A stretch of DNA of 64,000 nt from a bacterium (GTDB lineage Bacteria; Patescibacteriota; Minisyncoccia; Phycocordibacterales; CAIZIN01), in NCBI GenBank assembly GCA_037131675.1, contig JBAXQO010000002.1:15166-79165 (forward strand), in the 5' to 3' direction. The stretch's first letter is position 1, and each line of letters opens with the position of its first letter. The notes under the pieces were generated by a model. The model was given only the letters and a program-made list of their open reading frames with translations, was not told the DNA's origin and did not search any database. The position numbers and the translations under genes are program-made. Below are positions 36,180-46,835 of the stretch, piece after piece.

Positions 36180-36603
36180 CTTGTTTCTTGTTAGTTATTA
36201 TTGTTTCTAAAATTCCCTCGAAATCTTTTTTTTGTTTTTGCGTGAAAGCGTCAAAAAGTTTTTCTATCTTTACGGAAGCTTGTTTAAGGCATTTTTCCAA
36301 ATTCTTTTTTCCTAGCGACGTTATCTTTAGTGATACTATTCTGCGGTCTGTCTTGCTCGGGGTTCTCTTGAGTTTTCCATTTTTCTCGAGCTTGTTAATG
36401 ATTTCCGTGGTGGATGGGGAAGAGATGTGTAAGTATTCTGCCAAAGTTTTCATCGATATGTTTTCATTCTTCGAGACTATTCCTAGAGTTTTTAATTCTA
36501 AAATCGAAGACTCTGGATTTTTTTCGATTATTTTCTCTCGTATTATTCCTGCTACAGCGAGGATGTTGAGCATGAGTTTGCTTGTCGGATCATTTTTGTC
36601 CAT
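36163..36603 (-). CDS. MarR-family transcriptional regulator
   Basis: Winged HTH with TDRRIVSLKITSLGKK. First gene of the efflux operon; overlaps the downstream adaptor gene by 17 nt. Confidence 0.8.
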   Translation of the reverse strand: MDKNDPTSKLMLNILAVAGIIREKIIEKNPESSILELKTLGIVSKNENISMKTLAEYLHISSPSTTEIINKLEKNGKLKRTPSKTDRRIVSLKITSLGKKNLEKCLKQASVKIEKLFDAFTQKQKKDFEGILETIITNKKQDELTA

Positions 36604-36614
36604 TGTGATAATTG

Positions 36615-36627
36615 TTAGGTTTCCTAA
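36615..36627. promoter_or_regulatory. 13-bp palindrome TTAGGTTTCCTAA at the MarR promoter (candidate operator)
   Basis: Perfect palindrome 12 bp upstream of the marR start codon, in the divergent intergenic region. Confidence 0.3.
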
Positions 36628-36709
36628 GTATTTTATTGTTTTTAGATGAAAATGTCAAATACACATCACGTTAGCGTATCTTTGTAAAAACCTGTAAAAT
36701 GATTCTTAT

Positions 36710-37453
36710 ATGAATATTTTTAGATCTCGCTTTAAAAAAGAAATCGTAACTGAATTTGTTCGACCTGTTATAGATTCAAATAAAGTAATTATTTTATGCA
36801 CTGGTATGCCGGGTTATCCTGGTAAGCGTGAAGATCTTTTGAGTTTCTTGGCAGATAAGGGGTATTGGGTGTTTTTGCCACGCTATCGTGGAAGCTGGGA
36901 AAGTGATGGAAGTTTTTTGAAGGAATCGCCACATCAAGATGTTTTGGATATTATAGACGAGCTTGAAACGGGTTTTATTGAATTGTGGGGTGGTAATAAA
37001 TTTATGATAAACAAACCAGAGGTGTACCTAGTTGGTGTGAGTTTCGGTGGTCCTGCAGCACTCCTTGCTTCAAGGGATAGTAGAGTAAAAAAAGTTGTTG
37101 CTATGTCACCTGTAGTTGACTGGAAAATTGAAAGTGAAGCTGAGCCATTTGATCATTTAGCACAGTTTATGATTGACGGATTTGGAAATGGATATAGGTG
37201 TGATATGGAAGATTTTCATAAACTTCAGAAAGGGAGTTTCTATAACCCGATAGATGAAATCGAATCTCTTGATTCTTCAAAAATAAAAATTATACATGCA
37301 AAAAATGATGAAGTGGTATATTTTGCGCCTACAGAAAATTTTGCAAAAAAACTTGGTTGTGAATTTGTGGCGCTTGAAACTGGTGGTCACCTGTCTACGT
37401 CACTTATTTTACTTCCTGAATTTTGGTCAGAAATAAAAGCATTTATAGAATGA
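36710..37453 (+). CDS. alpha/beta hydrolase (S9/dienelactone-hydrolase-like)
   Basis: Nucleophile elbow VGVSFGG, acid at HAKNDEVV, and His at ETGGHL. Confidence 0.7.
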   Translation: MNIFRSRFKKEIVTEFVRPVIDSNKVIILCTGMPGYPGKREDLLSFLADKGYWVFLPRYRGSWESDGSFLKESPHQDVLDIIDELETGFIELWGGNKFMINKPEVYLVGVSFGGPAALLASRDSRVKKVVAMSPVVDWKIESEAEPFDHLAQFMIDGFGNGYRCDMEDFHKLQKGSFYNPIDEIESLDSSKIKIIHAKNDEVVYFAPTENFAKKLGCEFVALETGGHLSTSLILLPEFWSEIKAFIE

Positions 37454-38148
37454 AATCACTAGCTGTTGAAAAGGTATTAAAGGCGAAAGCTAACAAATTG
37501 AAAGCCCAATTACTTTCGAAGTTTTTTAAAACTGGAAAAGGGGAATATGGAGAGGGTGATGTATTTTTGGGAATTACTGTACCTGAACAGAGGCTAATTG
37601 CAAAGGAATTTGTGAATATTCCGCTTGAGGAGGTGCAGAAACTTTTGCAAAGCCCTTTGCATGAATGTCGCTTTACCGCACTTTTGATTTTAACTTACAA
37701 ATATTCCAAAGCTGACGAAAAAGAAAAGAATAAGATATTTGATTTTTATATAAAGAATACAAAATATATAAATAATTGGGATTTGGTGGATGTCACGTGC
37801 CATAAAATAGTCGGAGAATATTTGTTTGAAAAAGATAGGAAAATTTTATACAAATTAGCAAAATCGAAAAATTTATGGGAAAAACGCATTGCAATAATTT
37901 CCACTTTTTATTTTATTCGAGAAAGGGATTTTTCTGATTCTATAAAGATTGCTGAAATGCTCTTAGGTGATACACACGATTTAATCCACAAAGCTGTGGG
38001 TTGGATGCTTCGGGAAGTGGGCAAAAAAGACGAAAATGTATTGCATGACTTTTTGAAAATTCACACCAAGAAAATGCCTCGAACTGCGCTAAGGTATGCG
38101 ATAGAGAGACTACCAGAAGAGTTCAGGAGGTTTTATATGAGGTTGTAA
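37450..38148 (+). CDS. DNA alkylation repair protein (AlkD/AlkC HEAT-repeat family)
   Basis: FFKTGKGEYGEGDVFLGITVP is the family signature. ATGA overlap with the upstream stop. Confidence 0.75.
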   Translation: MKSLAVEKVLKAKANKLKAQLLSKFFKTGKGEYGEGDVFLGITVPEQRLIAKEFVNIPLEEVQKLLQSPLHECRFTALLILTYKYSKADEKEKNKIFDFYIKNTKYINNWDLVDVTCHKIVGEYLFEKDRKILYKLAKSKNLWEKRIAIISTFYFIRERDFSDSIKIAEMLLGDTHDLIHKAVGWMLREVGKKDENVLHDFLKIHTKKMPRTALRYAIERLPEEFRRFYMRL

Positions 38149-38168
38149 GATTGGGTAGTAATAAAAAA

Positions 38169-38196
38169 CAGGCGTCATCCAGGAAGATGACGCCTG
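38169..38196. terminator. bidirectional terminator hairpin
   Basis: Perfect 11-bp stem caggcgtcatc-caggaa-gatgacgcctg between convergent genes. Confidence 0.6.
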
Positions 38197-38215
38197 CTAT
38201 ATTTTGTGACACTGT

Positions 38216-39007
38216 TCAAGTCAAAGCTGCTACAAAGCGTGCGATGTAATATTCCAGAAATTCCTCCCTGGAGCTGTTCGCAAGGAACAGCATAATCACG
38301 TCTTCCATCGTCGCATTGTCCGAAAGTTCACCGACACGCTCCTGTTGATTCGAGAATGCCCGCTCTTCGCAGACTTCGAGAAACAGAGAGCGATCGTAGA
38401 ACAGATCCGGATTCGCGGCCAGAGTTGCCTTGATCTCTTCCGACAATGGTGTCGGCGCTCGATAGGCTTTGACTCGCTCGGTAAGCGTGGATATGAGCTC
38501 GATTTTTTCGACGACGCCGAAAAGGGATTGAGCTGTTTGACCCAGCATTCCATCGGATGTTAGCGAGAGTGTTGCGTTGAAGGTTCGTGGCACTGATTGC
38601 CATTCACCGCTCATTGCGACAGCATGCAAACCAACTTTCCATATTTCGTCGATCTCGAGGTTGTTGATGCAGAGGATTAAGCGCAAACCATGCGCCTGTT
38701 CCTTGCGGATCGTGATTGCTACACGAGCCCGCACGCCGTATCCATAGAGGATCTGACGCAGATCACTTTCGCTGTTGATTACCTTGGCACCGATCGGACG
38801 ACCAGTGCTTTTCTCTTGAACGAGGCGTTGAAGCTTATCACTGTAGAGACTGGGATTCGCGAGGACATGTTCCCGAGCCGATTTGCTTTCCGGGTATTCG
38901 TTCAGTTGATTGAAAATGCCGAGAAGGTCTCCTTTGGGCAACTGTGCTTTTTTGAAGAGCTCCAAGGCTTCCGCGGGACTCTTTGGTCCTTGAGAAGTGT
39001 TAATCAT
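38216..39007 (-). CDS. hypothetical protein in a GC-elevated block
   Basis: 263-aa ORF at about 50% GC against a ~35% background, with multiple shadow ORFs on both strands. No recognisable motifs. Confidence 0.5.
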   Translation of the reverse strand: MINTSQGPKSPAEALELFKKAQLPKGDLLGIFNQLNEYPESKSAREHVLANPSLYSDKLQRLVQEKSTGRPIGAKVINSESDLRQILYGYGVRARVAITIRKEQAHGLRLILCINNLEIDEIWKVGLHAVAMSGEWQSVPRTFNATLSLTSDGMLGQTAQSLFGVVEKIELISTLTERVKAYRAPTPLSEEIKATLAANPDLFYDRSLFLEVCEERAFSNQQERVGELSDNATMEDVIMLFLANSSREEFLEYYIARFVAALT

Positions 39008-39169
39008 GATGTCTATCCTTTCGTTGGTTTTTGAGTTGAACTTAATTGTGAAAAGGGCTTTTATTACCTATTCTTATTATATCACATTAAACACATTTGT
39101 CAAACACATAAAAAATTGGAGAGAATATTTTGAGACAAAAATTTATTTTATATGTTATTATTTCCCAAC

Positions 39170-40330
39170 ATGGACTACAATAAAAAATCACTAGAACTAC
39201 ACAAAAAATATAAAGGTAAGATTGAATTAAAATCAAAAGTGCCACTTAAAACAAAGATAGATTTGTCGCTCGCGTATACTCCTGGCGTGGCTGAGGTGTG
39301 TCGTTTGATACATAAAGACCCAAAAGCTGTTAACACTCACACACTTCGTGGAAACACTGTAGCTGTGGTTTCTGATGGTTCTGCTGTACTTGGGCTTGGA
39401 AATATTGGACCAAAAGCCGCAATGCCTGTGATGGAAGGTAAAGCTTTGCTTTTCAAGGAGTTTGCAAATGTTGATGCATTTCCAATTTGTCTCGATACAC
39501 AAGATCCTGAAAAAATAATTGAAATTGTAAAAGCATTAGCACCAACATTTGGTGGAATAAACTTAGAAGACATTTCCGCACCAAATTGTTTTTATATTGA
39601 AGAGCGACTTAAAAAAGAATTGGACATTCCTGTTTTCCATGACGACCAGCATGGTACTGCTATTGTAGTTTTAGCTGCGCTTTTGAATGCACTTAAACTT
39701 GTGAAGAAAAATGTTGCAGATATTAAGGTTGTAGTAAATGGCGCAGGTGCCGCTGCAACAGCTGTTGCGAAACTTCTCATTAAAGCTGGAGTTCCTGCGA
39801 AAGAAATGATTATTCTCGACAGTAAAGGCACTTTGTTTGATGGGCGAGGAGACTTGAACAGTGCAAAAGCAGAAATGGCGAAAGTAACCAACAAACAAAA
39901 AGTGTCTGGCGGTTTGGATGCGGCTTTGGTTGGCGCGGATGTGTTTATTGGAGTTTCTGTAGCAGGTGCGCTCAAACCAGAATTGGTTTCTCTTATGGCA
40001 GAAAAGCCAATCGTGTTTGCGATGGCAAATCCAAATCCTGAAATTTCATACGAAGATGCAAAGAAAGCAAACATTGCTGTGTTTGGAACTGGACGCTCAG
40101 ACTATCCAAACCAGATAAATAACGTACTTGCGTTCCCTGGTATTTTCCGCGGAGCATTTGATGTGGGCGCAACAAAAATCACCGATGATATGAAAATTGC
40201 TACAGCTCACGCCATCTCTTCACTTGTGAAAAAAGCGGAACTTACAAAAGATTATATTATTCCAAGTCCTTTTGATAGACGTGTTGCAAAAGTGGTTGCT
40301 CAAGCGGTAAAAAAATCTTTTAAGAAATAG
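39170..40330 (+). CDS. NAD(P)-dependent malic enzyme (short form)
   Basis: LAYTPGVAEVC, SDGSAVLGLGNIG, the NAD-binding GAGAAATA motif, and ANPNPE. Confidence 0.85.
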   Translation: MDYNKKSLELHKKYKGKIELKSKVPLKTKIDLSLAYTPGVAEVCRLIHKDPKAVNTHTLRGNTVAVVSDGSAVLGLGNIGPKAAMPVMEGKALLFKEFANVDAFPICLDTQDPEKIIEIVKALAPTFGGINLEDISAPNCFYIEERLKKELDIPVFHDDQHGTAIVVLAALLNALKLVKKNVADIKVVVNGAGAAATAVAKLLIKAGVPAKEMIILDSKGTLFDGRGDLNSAKAEMAKVTNKQKVSGGLDAALVGADVFIGVSVAGALKPELVSLMAEKPIVFAMANPNPEISYEDAKKANIAVFGTGRSDYPNQINNVLAFPGIFRGAFDVGATKITDDMKIATAHAISSLVKKAELTKDYIIPSPFDRRVAKVVAQAVKKSFKK

Positions 40331-40349
40331 TAGGATGTGAGCTTAAAAA

Positions 40350-40395
40350 CACAGAACCTGCCCTGATACTTACCAGGGCAGGTTCTGTGTTTTTC
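40350..40395 (+). terminator. strong rho-independent terminator
   Basis: 17-bp stem acacagaacctgccctg / cagggcaggttctgtgt followed by ttttt. Confidence 0.8.
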
Positions 40396-40427
40396 ATATG
40401 CCTGCTTTATGCTAAAATCAGCTTATT

Positions 40428-41654
40428 ATGCAAACATCATATACACCTTCCAAAAATATATTAGAAAAATACGCAAACGTACTTGTAAATTTTGCATTAA
40501 ATAATGGAAAGGGAATTAAGAAAGGAGACACGGTCCTTGTCCAAGGTAGTGAGTCTTGCCGACCTTTTTATCTTGAACTTTTGAAGGCTGTGTGGCGAGC
40601 GGGTGGTAATGCTATTCCACGCTACGCACATGATACTTATAGTGCTGATGATAACACTATGAAATTTTTCTATGAGAATGCTACCAAGGAACAGCTCGAA
40701 CATTTTCCAAAACATTACAATCGCGGACTTGTAGATGAAGTAGATCACTCAATATTTATAATTAGTGAAACAAACAAGAAAGCTCTTCAAGGTGTTGACC
40801 CTGCAAAAATGATGGCGAGAGGAAAAGTAATGAAACCTGCTATGGATTGGAGAAGAGAAAAAGAAAACGCAGGGAAATACACTTGGACTTTAGCTCTTTA
40901 TGGTACTCCCGCAATGGCAAAAGAAGCAAAGATGACAGAAAAAGAGTACTGGAATCAAATCATTAAGGCTTGTTTTTTGGATGAGAAAGATCCAGTAAAA
41001 AAATGGAAAGAAGTTTATAAACAAATGGCAATTTTGGAAAAGAAATTAAACAAACTGCCTATAGATAAACTTCACGTATTTGGCCAAGATGTTGATCTGT
41101 GGATTTCTCTCGGTGAAAAGCGAAAGTGGGTTGGTGGAGCTGGGAGGAACATTCCTAGTTTTGAATTATTTACTTCACCAGACTGGCGTGGGACAAACGG
41201 GACAATAAGATTTAACCAACCTTTGTATCGTTATGGAAATTTAATTGAGGGTGTCGAACTAGAATTTGAAAATGGAAAAGTGATAAAAAGTACTGCTAAG
41301 AAAAACGAAAAGGTTCTCAAGGAGATGGTTGCGACTGAACACGCTGATAAAGTTGGGGAATTTTCGCTTACCGATAAAAGATTTTCTCGTATTACAAGAT
41401 TTATGGCAGAGACTTTGTTCGATGAAAATATGGGCGGTCCTGAAGGAAATACACATATTGCTTTAGGAGCTTCTTATCACGATTGTTTCGACGGAGACCC
41501 TTCACAGATTCAAAAAGAAGAATGGGAGCGCTTAGGTTTCAATGATTCATCTGTTCATACAGATATTGTTTCTACAACTCCGAGAACTGTAACCGCATAT
41601 CTTCATAATGGAAAGAAAAAGATAATATACAAAGATGGGCAATTTATGCTTTAA
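40428..41654 (+). CDS. aminopeptidase, M29 (AmpS/aminopeptidase T) family
   Basis: N-terminal KYANVLVNFALNNGKGIKKGDTVLV and C-terminal metal-binding HIALGASYHDCF region. Confidence 0.65.
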   Translation: MQTSYTPSKNILEKYANVLVNFALNNGKGIKKGDTVLVQGSESCRPFYLELLKAVWRAGGNAIPRYAHDTYSADDNTMKFFYENATKEQLEHFPKHYNRGLVDEVDHSIFIISETNKKALQGVDPAKMMARGKVMKPAMDWRREKENAGKYTWTLALYGTPAMAKEAKMTEKEYWNQIIKACFLDEKDPVKKWKEVYKQMAILEKKLNKLPIDKLHVFGQDVDLWISLGEKRKWVGGAGRNIPSFELFTSPDWRGTNGTIRFNQPLYRYGNLIEGVELEFENGKVIKSTAKKNEKVLKEMVATEHADKVGEFSLTDKRFSRITRFMAETLFDENMGGPEGNTHIALGASYHDCFDGDPSQIQKEEWERLGFNDSSVHTDIVSTTPRTVTAYLHNGKKKIIYKDGQFML

Positions 41655-41663
41655 TAGAGGGCG

Positions 41664-42434
41664 ATGATTAATTCAAAAAAGCTTTTCTATATTGCTATTG
41701 GGGTACTCGTTGGACTTTTAATTGGGTATTTTCTTATTGCAAAACATATAATTACAGTTCCGAAAGCTGTGGAATTATTTTTTGTGATTTCATTTTCAGC
41801 ACTACTAGATAGTTTAAATCCATGTGCGTTTTCAATTTTGTTTTTAACTATTGGTTTTTTGTTTAGCTTGGGTCGTGATAGAGCACATGTGTTCAAAGCG
41901 GGACTTATGTATGTGTTTGGAATCATGGCAACATATATTCTTATTGGCCTTGGTATATTGAGAGTTCTAAGTTTTTTTAATGTTCCAAATGGTATGGCTA
42001 AGTTTGGTGCTGTTGCAATTATTGTATTTGGAGCTATTGGGTTGATTAATGAATTTTTTCCAGCATTTCCTATTAAACTTAAAATTCCCCATGTTGCACA
42101 TACGCTCATTGCAAAGTATATAGAAAAAGCATCTATGATAGGTTCACTTGTACTTGGTGTTGTTGTTGGTATATTTGAGTTTCCTTGTACTGGTGGGCCA
42201 TATCTTTTGGTGCTTGGTTTGCTTCATGATCAAGGGCAATTTTGGAGTGGTTTAGCTTATCTATTGTTTTATAACGCAGTATTTGTTCTACCTCTTTTCA
42301 TTGCACTTTTACTTTCTATTGATAAGCGAGTGGCTGAAAAAGTTGATACTTTGCGCCGTCAGGAAACAAAACAAGCACGGCTTTCTGTGGCTGTAATTAT
42401 GATTGCTTTAGGACTCATTATTTTCTTTGTTTAA
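41664..42434 (+). CDS. ccdA: cytochrome c-type biogenesis / thiol-disulfide transporter CcdA (DsbD TM-domain family)
   Basis: Conserved Cys in TM1 (LNPCAF) and TM4 (FPCTGGPY); 6-8 TM helices. Confidence 0.7.
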   Translation: MINSKKLFYIAIGVLVGLLIGYFLIAKHIITVPKAVELFFVISFSALLDSLNPCAFSILFLTIGFLFSLGRDRAHVFKAGLMYVFGIMATYILIGLGILRVLSFFNVPNGMAKFGAVAIIVFGAIGLINEFFPAFPIKLKIPHVAHTLIAKYIEKASMIGSLVLGVVVGIFEFPCTGGPYLLVLGLLHDQGQFWSGLAYLLFYNAVFVLPLFIALLLSIDKRVAEKVDTLRRQETKQARLSVAVIMIALGLIIFFV

Positions 42435-42469
42435 AGCGTAAGATTTTGTTGCTGAAGATGTTTTAGAAT

Positions 42470-43003
42470 TTGCGGTTTTTTGGTATACTTTTGGACATGA
42501 CACAAACAACAATGACGATGGAAGAACTTGTGGCTAAAGTTCAAGAACTCAAAAAAGACGGACCAATAGACCTTTCTACAGAAGAGGACTTAGCTTTGGC
42601 TGTTATGAACCTAATTTCTCTAGAAGAACATTTGTTTTTTACGGGAGCAAAAACTGGCAACGATGCATACTGGGCAACTTCAAATGAGGTCCGTGAAATG
42701 CGAAAAAGTTTATTAGCACGAATGATTCCTAGGAACGAAGGTGAAACATGGTGTTCCTCTAAACATCTTCTTTCTGCAACAATGCGACTTATAGAAGTGG
42801 GCACAAAACTTTTTGCTGATGGTAAAAAAAATGAAGCAAAAGATATGTATGAAAAAGCACACGAATTATTTTCAATTTTCTGGGCTTTACGTTTGAAACT
42901 TGTGACTTTACCTGAGGCGGCTAAATCTACAGAAGGTGAAATAGGTGGGGTAATGACCACAAAAGATATTATGAATAAATTAGTAGATTGTTGTAAAGAA
43001 TAA
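42470..43003 (+). CDS. hypothetical protein
   Basis: 177-aa soluble helical ORF between ccdA and the thioredoxin-like gene. The start may be the ATG at 42497. Confidence 0.4.
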   Translation: MRFFGILLDMTQTTMTMEELVAKVQELKKDGPIDLSTEEDLALAVMNLISLEEHLFFTGAKTGNDAYWATSNEVREMRKSLLARMIPRNEGETWCSSKHLLSATMRLIEVGTKLFADGKKNEAKDMYEKAHELFSIFWALRLKLVTLPEAAKSTEGEIGGVMTTKDIMNKLVDCCKE

Positions 43004-43007
43004 TTTT

Positions 43008-43373
43008 ATGAAACAAACATTTGCATGGATTGTTGTAGCGTTTGTGATTGCCGGAGGGTTTACATGGTACGCAATAAAGTCAAAAAATCCTAATGTACCA
43101 AATAAATATGATGCCTTTGCTCAATGTCTTGCTTCAAAACAGACAACTATGTACGGTGCTGCTTGGTGTTCGCATTGCCAGGCTCAAAAGAAAGAATTTG
43201 GTACTTCATTCAAATATGTTCCATATGTAGAATGTCCAGAAAATACAAAGCTATGTACTGATAAGGGTGTTGAAGGTTTCCCCACATGGATAAGTTCTGA
43301 AGGGAAAAAATTGGTTGGAGAACAAAGCTTTGAAAAATTAGCCGAGCTCAGTGGATGTCAGTTACCGCAATAA
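43008..43373 (+). CDS. membrane-anchored thioredoxin-like protein (VKOR-associated Trx-domain type)
   Basis: N-terminal TM; YGAAWCSHCQAQKKEFG resembles the Trx-like domain fused to bacterial VKOR proteins; CxxC active site. Confidence 0.55.
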   Translation: MKQTFAWIVVAFVIAGGFTWYAIKSKNPNVPNKYDAFAQCLASKQTTMYGAAWCSHCQAQKKEFGTSFKYVPYVECPENTKLCTDKGVEGFPTWISSEGKKLVGEQSFEKLAELSGCQLPQ

Positions 43374-43389
43374 ATATAAAATAAATAAA

Positions 43390-43420
43390 AAACAGAGAAT
43401 GACATTCTCTATTTTTTATT
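43390..43420. terminator. bidirectional terminator hairpin
   Basis: agagaatg-a-cattctct followed by attttttattt, between convergent genes. Confidence 0.55.
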
Positions 43421-43432
43421 TAAGTGTTTAAT

Positions 43433-44947
43433 CTAGTCGATGAGAGAGACACCTGTCATCGCTCTTGGTTTTTCTAGTCCGAGAAGTTCTAGAATTGTGG
43501 GGGCTATGTCTGCAAGGGTTCCTGTTTTGAGTGTGTACTCTTTTTCCGTTAGAATTTCAGGTACGGGATTTGTCGTATGGGAAGTGTGTTTTGCACCTGT
43601 GATAGGGTCAATATTTATTTCTGCATTACCATGATCTGCAGTGATAAATGCGATACCGCCTTTTGCATGGCATGCCTCAATAACGCGTCCGAGTTGTTTA
43701 TCAGTTTCTTCAACGGCAGTAACAATTGCTGGCACATTTGCAGTGTGGCCAACCATGTCGGCGTTTGCAAAGTTGATGAAAATAAAATCTGTGCCTTTAT
43801 TTATTTCTTCGATTGCTTTGTCTGCTATACCCTCGGCACGCATTTTAGGTGCCATATCGTGAGTTGGTACGTCTTTGTGACTATCAAGCATAATATGTGT
43901 TTCGCCTGGGTATGGAGCCTCAACACCACCATTTAGGAAATATGTTGCATGAGGAAATTTTTCTGTTTCGGCTATGTGCGCTTGTGTGAGTCCTGCATTT
44001 GAAATTTCTTTTGCAAGGGTGGTTTCAATTTTTACTGGCATAAAAACTACCTCTACTTTTCCTTCAAAACGAGTATCATATTCTGTCAGAGTTATGATTT
44101 TCACATCCATATACTCAGTTTTTTCAATTTGTTTTTCTGTAATCATTCTTGCTCTATCTGCTCGAAAATTGAAAAAGAAAATGCCATCGTGAGGTTTTAT
44201 TGCACAACCTTTTTCTGTCGAACTGTAGCATACGATTGGTTCTAGAAGCTCATCTATTTTTCCTTCCTTATATAGATTTTCTACATAGTCTGAAGGTTTG
44301 ATTTCACAAACGCTCCCTTTAAGTTCAAACATTGCTTGCATGGTTTTATCAAGTCTGTCCCAGTTGTGGTCACGATCCATAGCATAAAATCTACCCGAAA
44401 TTGTTGCGATAAAACCAATTCCAATTTCGGCAATTTCTTCCTCCAGTGTTTTTATATATCCAGCCGCACTTTGTGGTGGAACATCACGACCGTCGGTAAA
44501 TATATGAATAGCAACTTTTTTTACATTATTATTTTTTGCTGCTCGTAAAAAAGCAAAAAGATGTTCATAATGACTGTGTACACCGCCGTCTGAAAGAAGT
44601 CCTTGTACATGGAGGGTTGAGTTGTTTTTATTTACATGTTCGAAGAGAGAAATGAACACAGGATTTTTTGCAAACTCTCCAGAGTCAATATTTTTCTTTA
44701 TACGAACAAGGTCTGTATCTACGGTTGTCCCTGCGCCGATAGTGGTGTGACCAACCTCGCTATTACCCATCTGGCCTTCTGGGAGCCCCACAGCAAGTCC
44801 AGATGCTCGGAGTAGGTTATGTGGATAATCTTTCCATAAAGTATCAAATACGGGTGTATTTGAAGCTTCGATAGCATTATCTTTTTTTTCTTCTCTATAG
44901 CCCCACCCGTCGAGAACTATTAACATAACTGGTTTTTTTGTTGTCAT
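43433..44947 (-). CDS. gpmI: 2,3-bisphosphoglycerate-independent phosphoglycerate mutase
   Basis: MLIVLDGWGY N-terminus, Ser phosphorylation region, C-terminal metal ligands ADHGNAE; 504 aa. Confidence 0.9.
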   Translation of the reverse strand: MTTKKPVMLIVLDGWGYREEKKDNAIEASNTPVFDTLWKDYPHNLLRASGLAVGLPEGQMGNSEVGHTTIGAGTTVDTDLVRIKKNIDSGEFAKNPVFISLFEHVNKNNSTLHVQGLLSDGGVHSHYEHLFAFLRAAKNNNVKKVAIHIFTDGRDVPPQSAAGYIKTLEEEIAEIGIGFIATISGRFYAMDRDHNWDRLDKTMQAMFELKGSVCEIKPSDYVENLYKEGKIDELLEPIVCYSSTEKGCAIKPHDGIFFFNFRADRARMITEKQIEKTEYMDVKIITLTEYDTRFEGKVEVVFMPVKIETTLAKEISNAGLTQAHIAETEKFPHATYFLNGGVEAPYPGETHIMLDSHKDVPTHDMAPKMRAEGIADKAIEEINKGTDFIFINFANADMVGHTANVPAIVTAVEETDKQLGRVIEACHAKGGIAFITADHGNAEINIDPITGAKHTSHTTNPVPEILTEKEYTLKTGTLADIAPTILELLGLEKPRAMTGVSLID

Positions 44948-45045
44948 AAGTGAAAATATTGTATCTTTTTTGAAATGTTTAGCAACCTTTGACTATTTTT
45001 AGTAAGTTAAATTGACTTATTGGTTCAGTAAGTGTATTTTGTCTT

Positions 45046-45294
45046 TTGGATGTTGTTCTCATGAATACACTTAATAAACAATCTGATGCAGAAGGGTTGC
45101 ACCTTGGCCCAGTAAAACTTTTTACCAAGAGTGAGTTTGATAAAAATTTTGGAACCCGCTTTGATTGGTCGAGAGTTGAGAAACTTCTCAAATTTTTAGG
45201 GGTGCAAAATGTTAACCATGTTGCCTTTGATGAAAGAGCAAATGTTTGGGCTCCGGTAAGTCGTAGTAAACTGATTACTGCGGCTAAATGCTAA
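45046..45294 (+). CDS. small hypothetical protein
   Basis: 82-aa ORF antisense to the gpmI-eno interval. It has its own hairpin plus U-tract terminator immediately downstream. Confidence 0.35.
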   Translation: MDVVLMNTLNKQSDAEGLHLGPVKLFTKSEFDKNFGTRFDWSRVEKLLKFLGVQNVNHVAFDERANVWAPVSRSKLITAAKC

Positions 45295-45303
45295 TTTTTG
45301 AAG

Positions 45304-45332
45304 CGTACAAATATGGATTTGTACGTTTTTTC
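45304..45332 (+). terminator. rho-independent terminator for the small plus-strand ORF
   Basis: cgtacaaat-atgg-atttgtacg followed by ttttttc. Confidence 0.5.
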
Positions 45333-45341
45333 TTATTAAAA

Positions 45342-45369
45342 AACACCCTTGCGTCAAAGGGTGTTTTTT
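45342..45369. terminator. terminator hairpin at the 3' end of eno
   Basis: aacaccctt-gcgtcaa-agggtgtt flanked by A-run and T-run on both sides. Confidence 0.6.
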
Positions 45370-45384
45370 AATTTTTCTTAAATT

Positions 45385-46698
<1,314 letters not shown>

Positions 46699-46835
46699 TT
46701 ATTATTAATACCGCAGTATTATATAGCACTTTGTTATTTTTTGAAAAATTGACAGAGGAGTGTTTTGTGTTAATCTTTTTCATCAGACTGTTCTTGAAAG
46801 ATTGAACAGAAAACAACCAACAGGAGGAATAAATA

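Noticed and set aside
36155-36649. 164-aa plus-strand ORF fully overlapping marR.
   Set aside because: It is antisense to a clear MarR winged-helix gene. The translation is Phe/Ser/Leu-rich low-complexity, typical of an antisense reading of AT-rich coding DNA.
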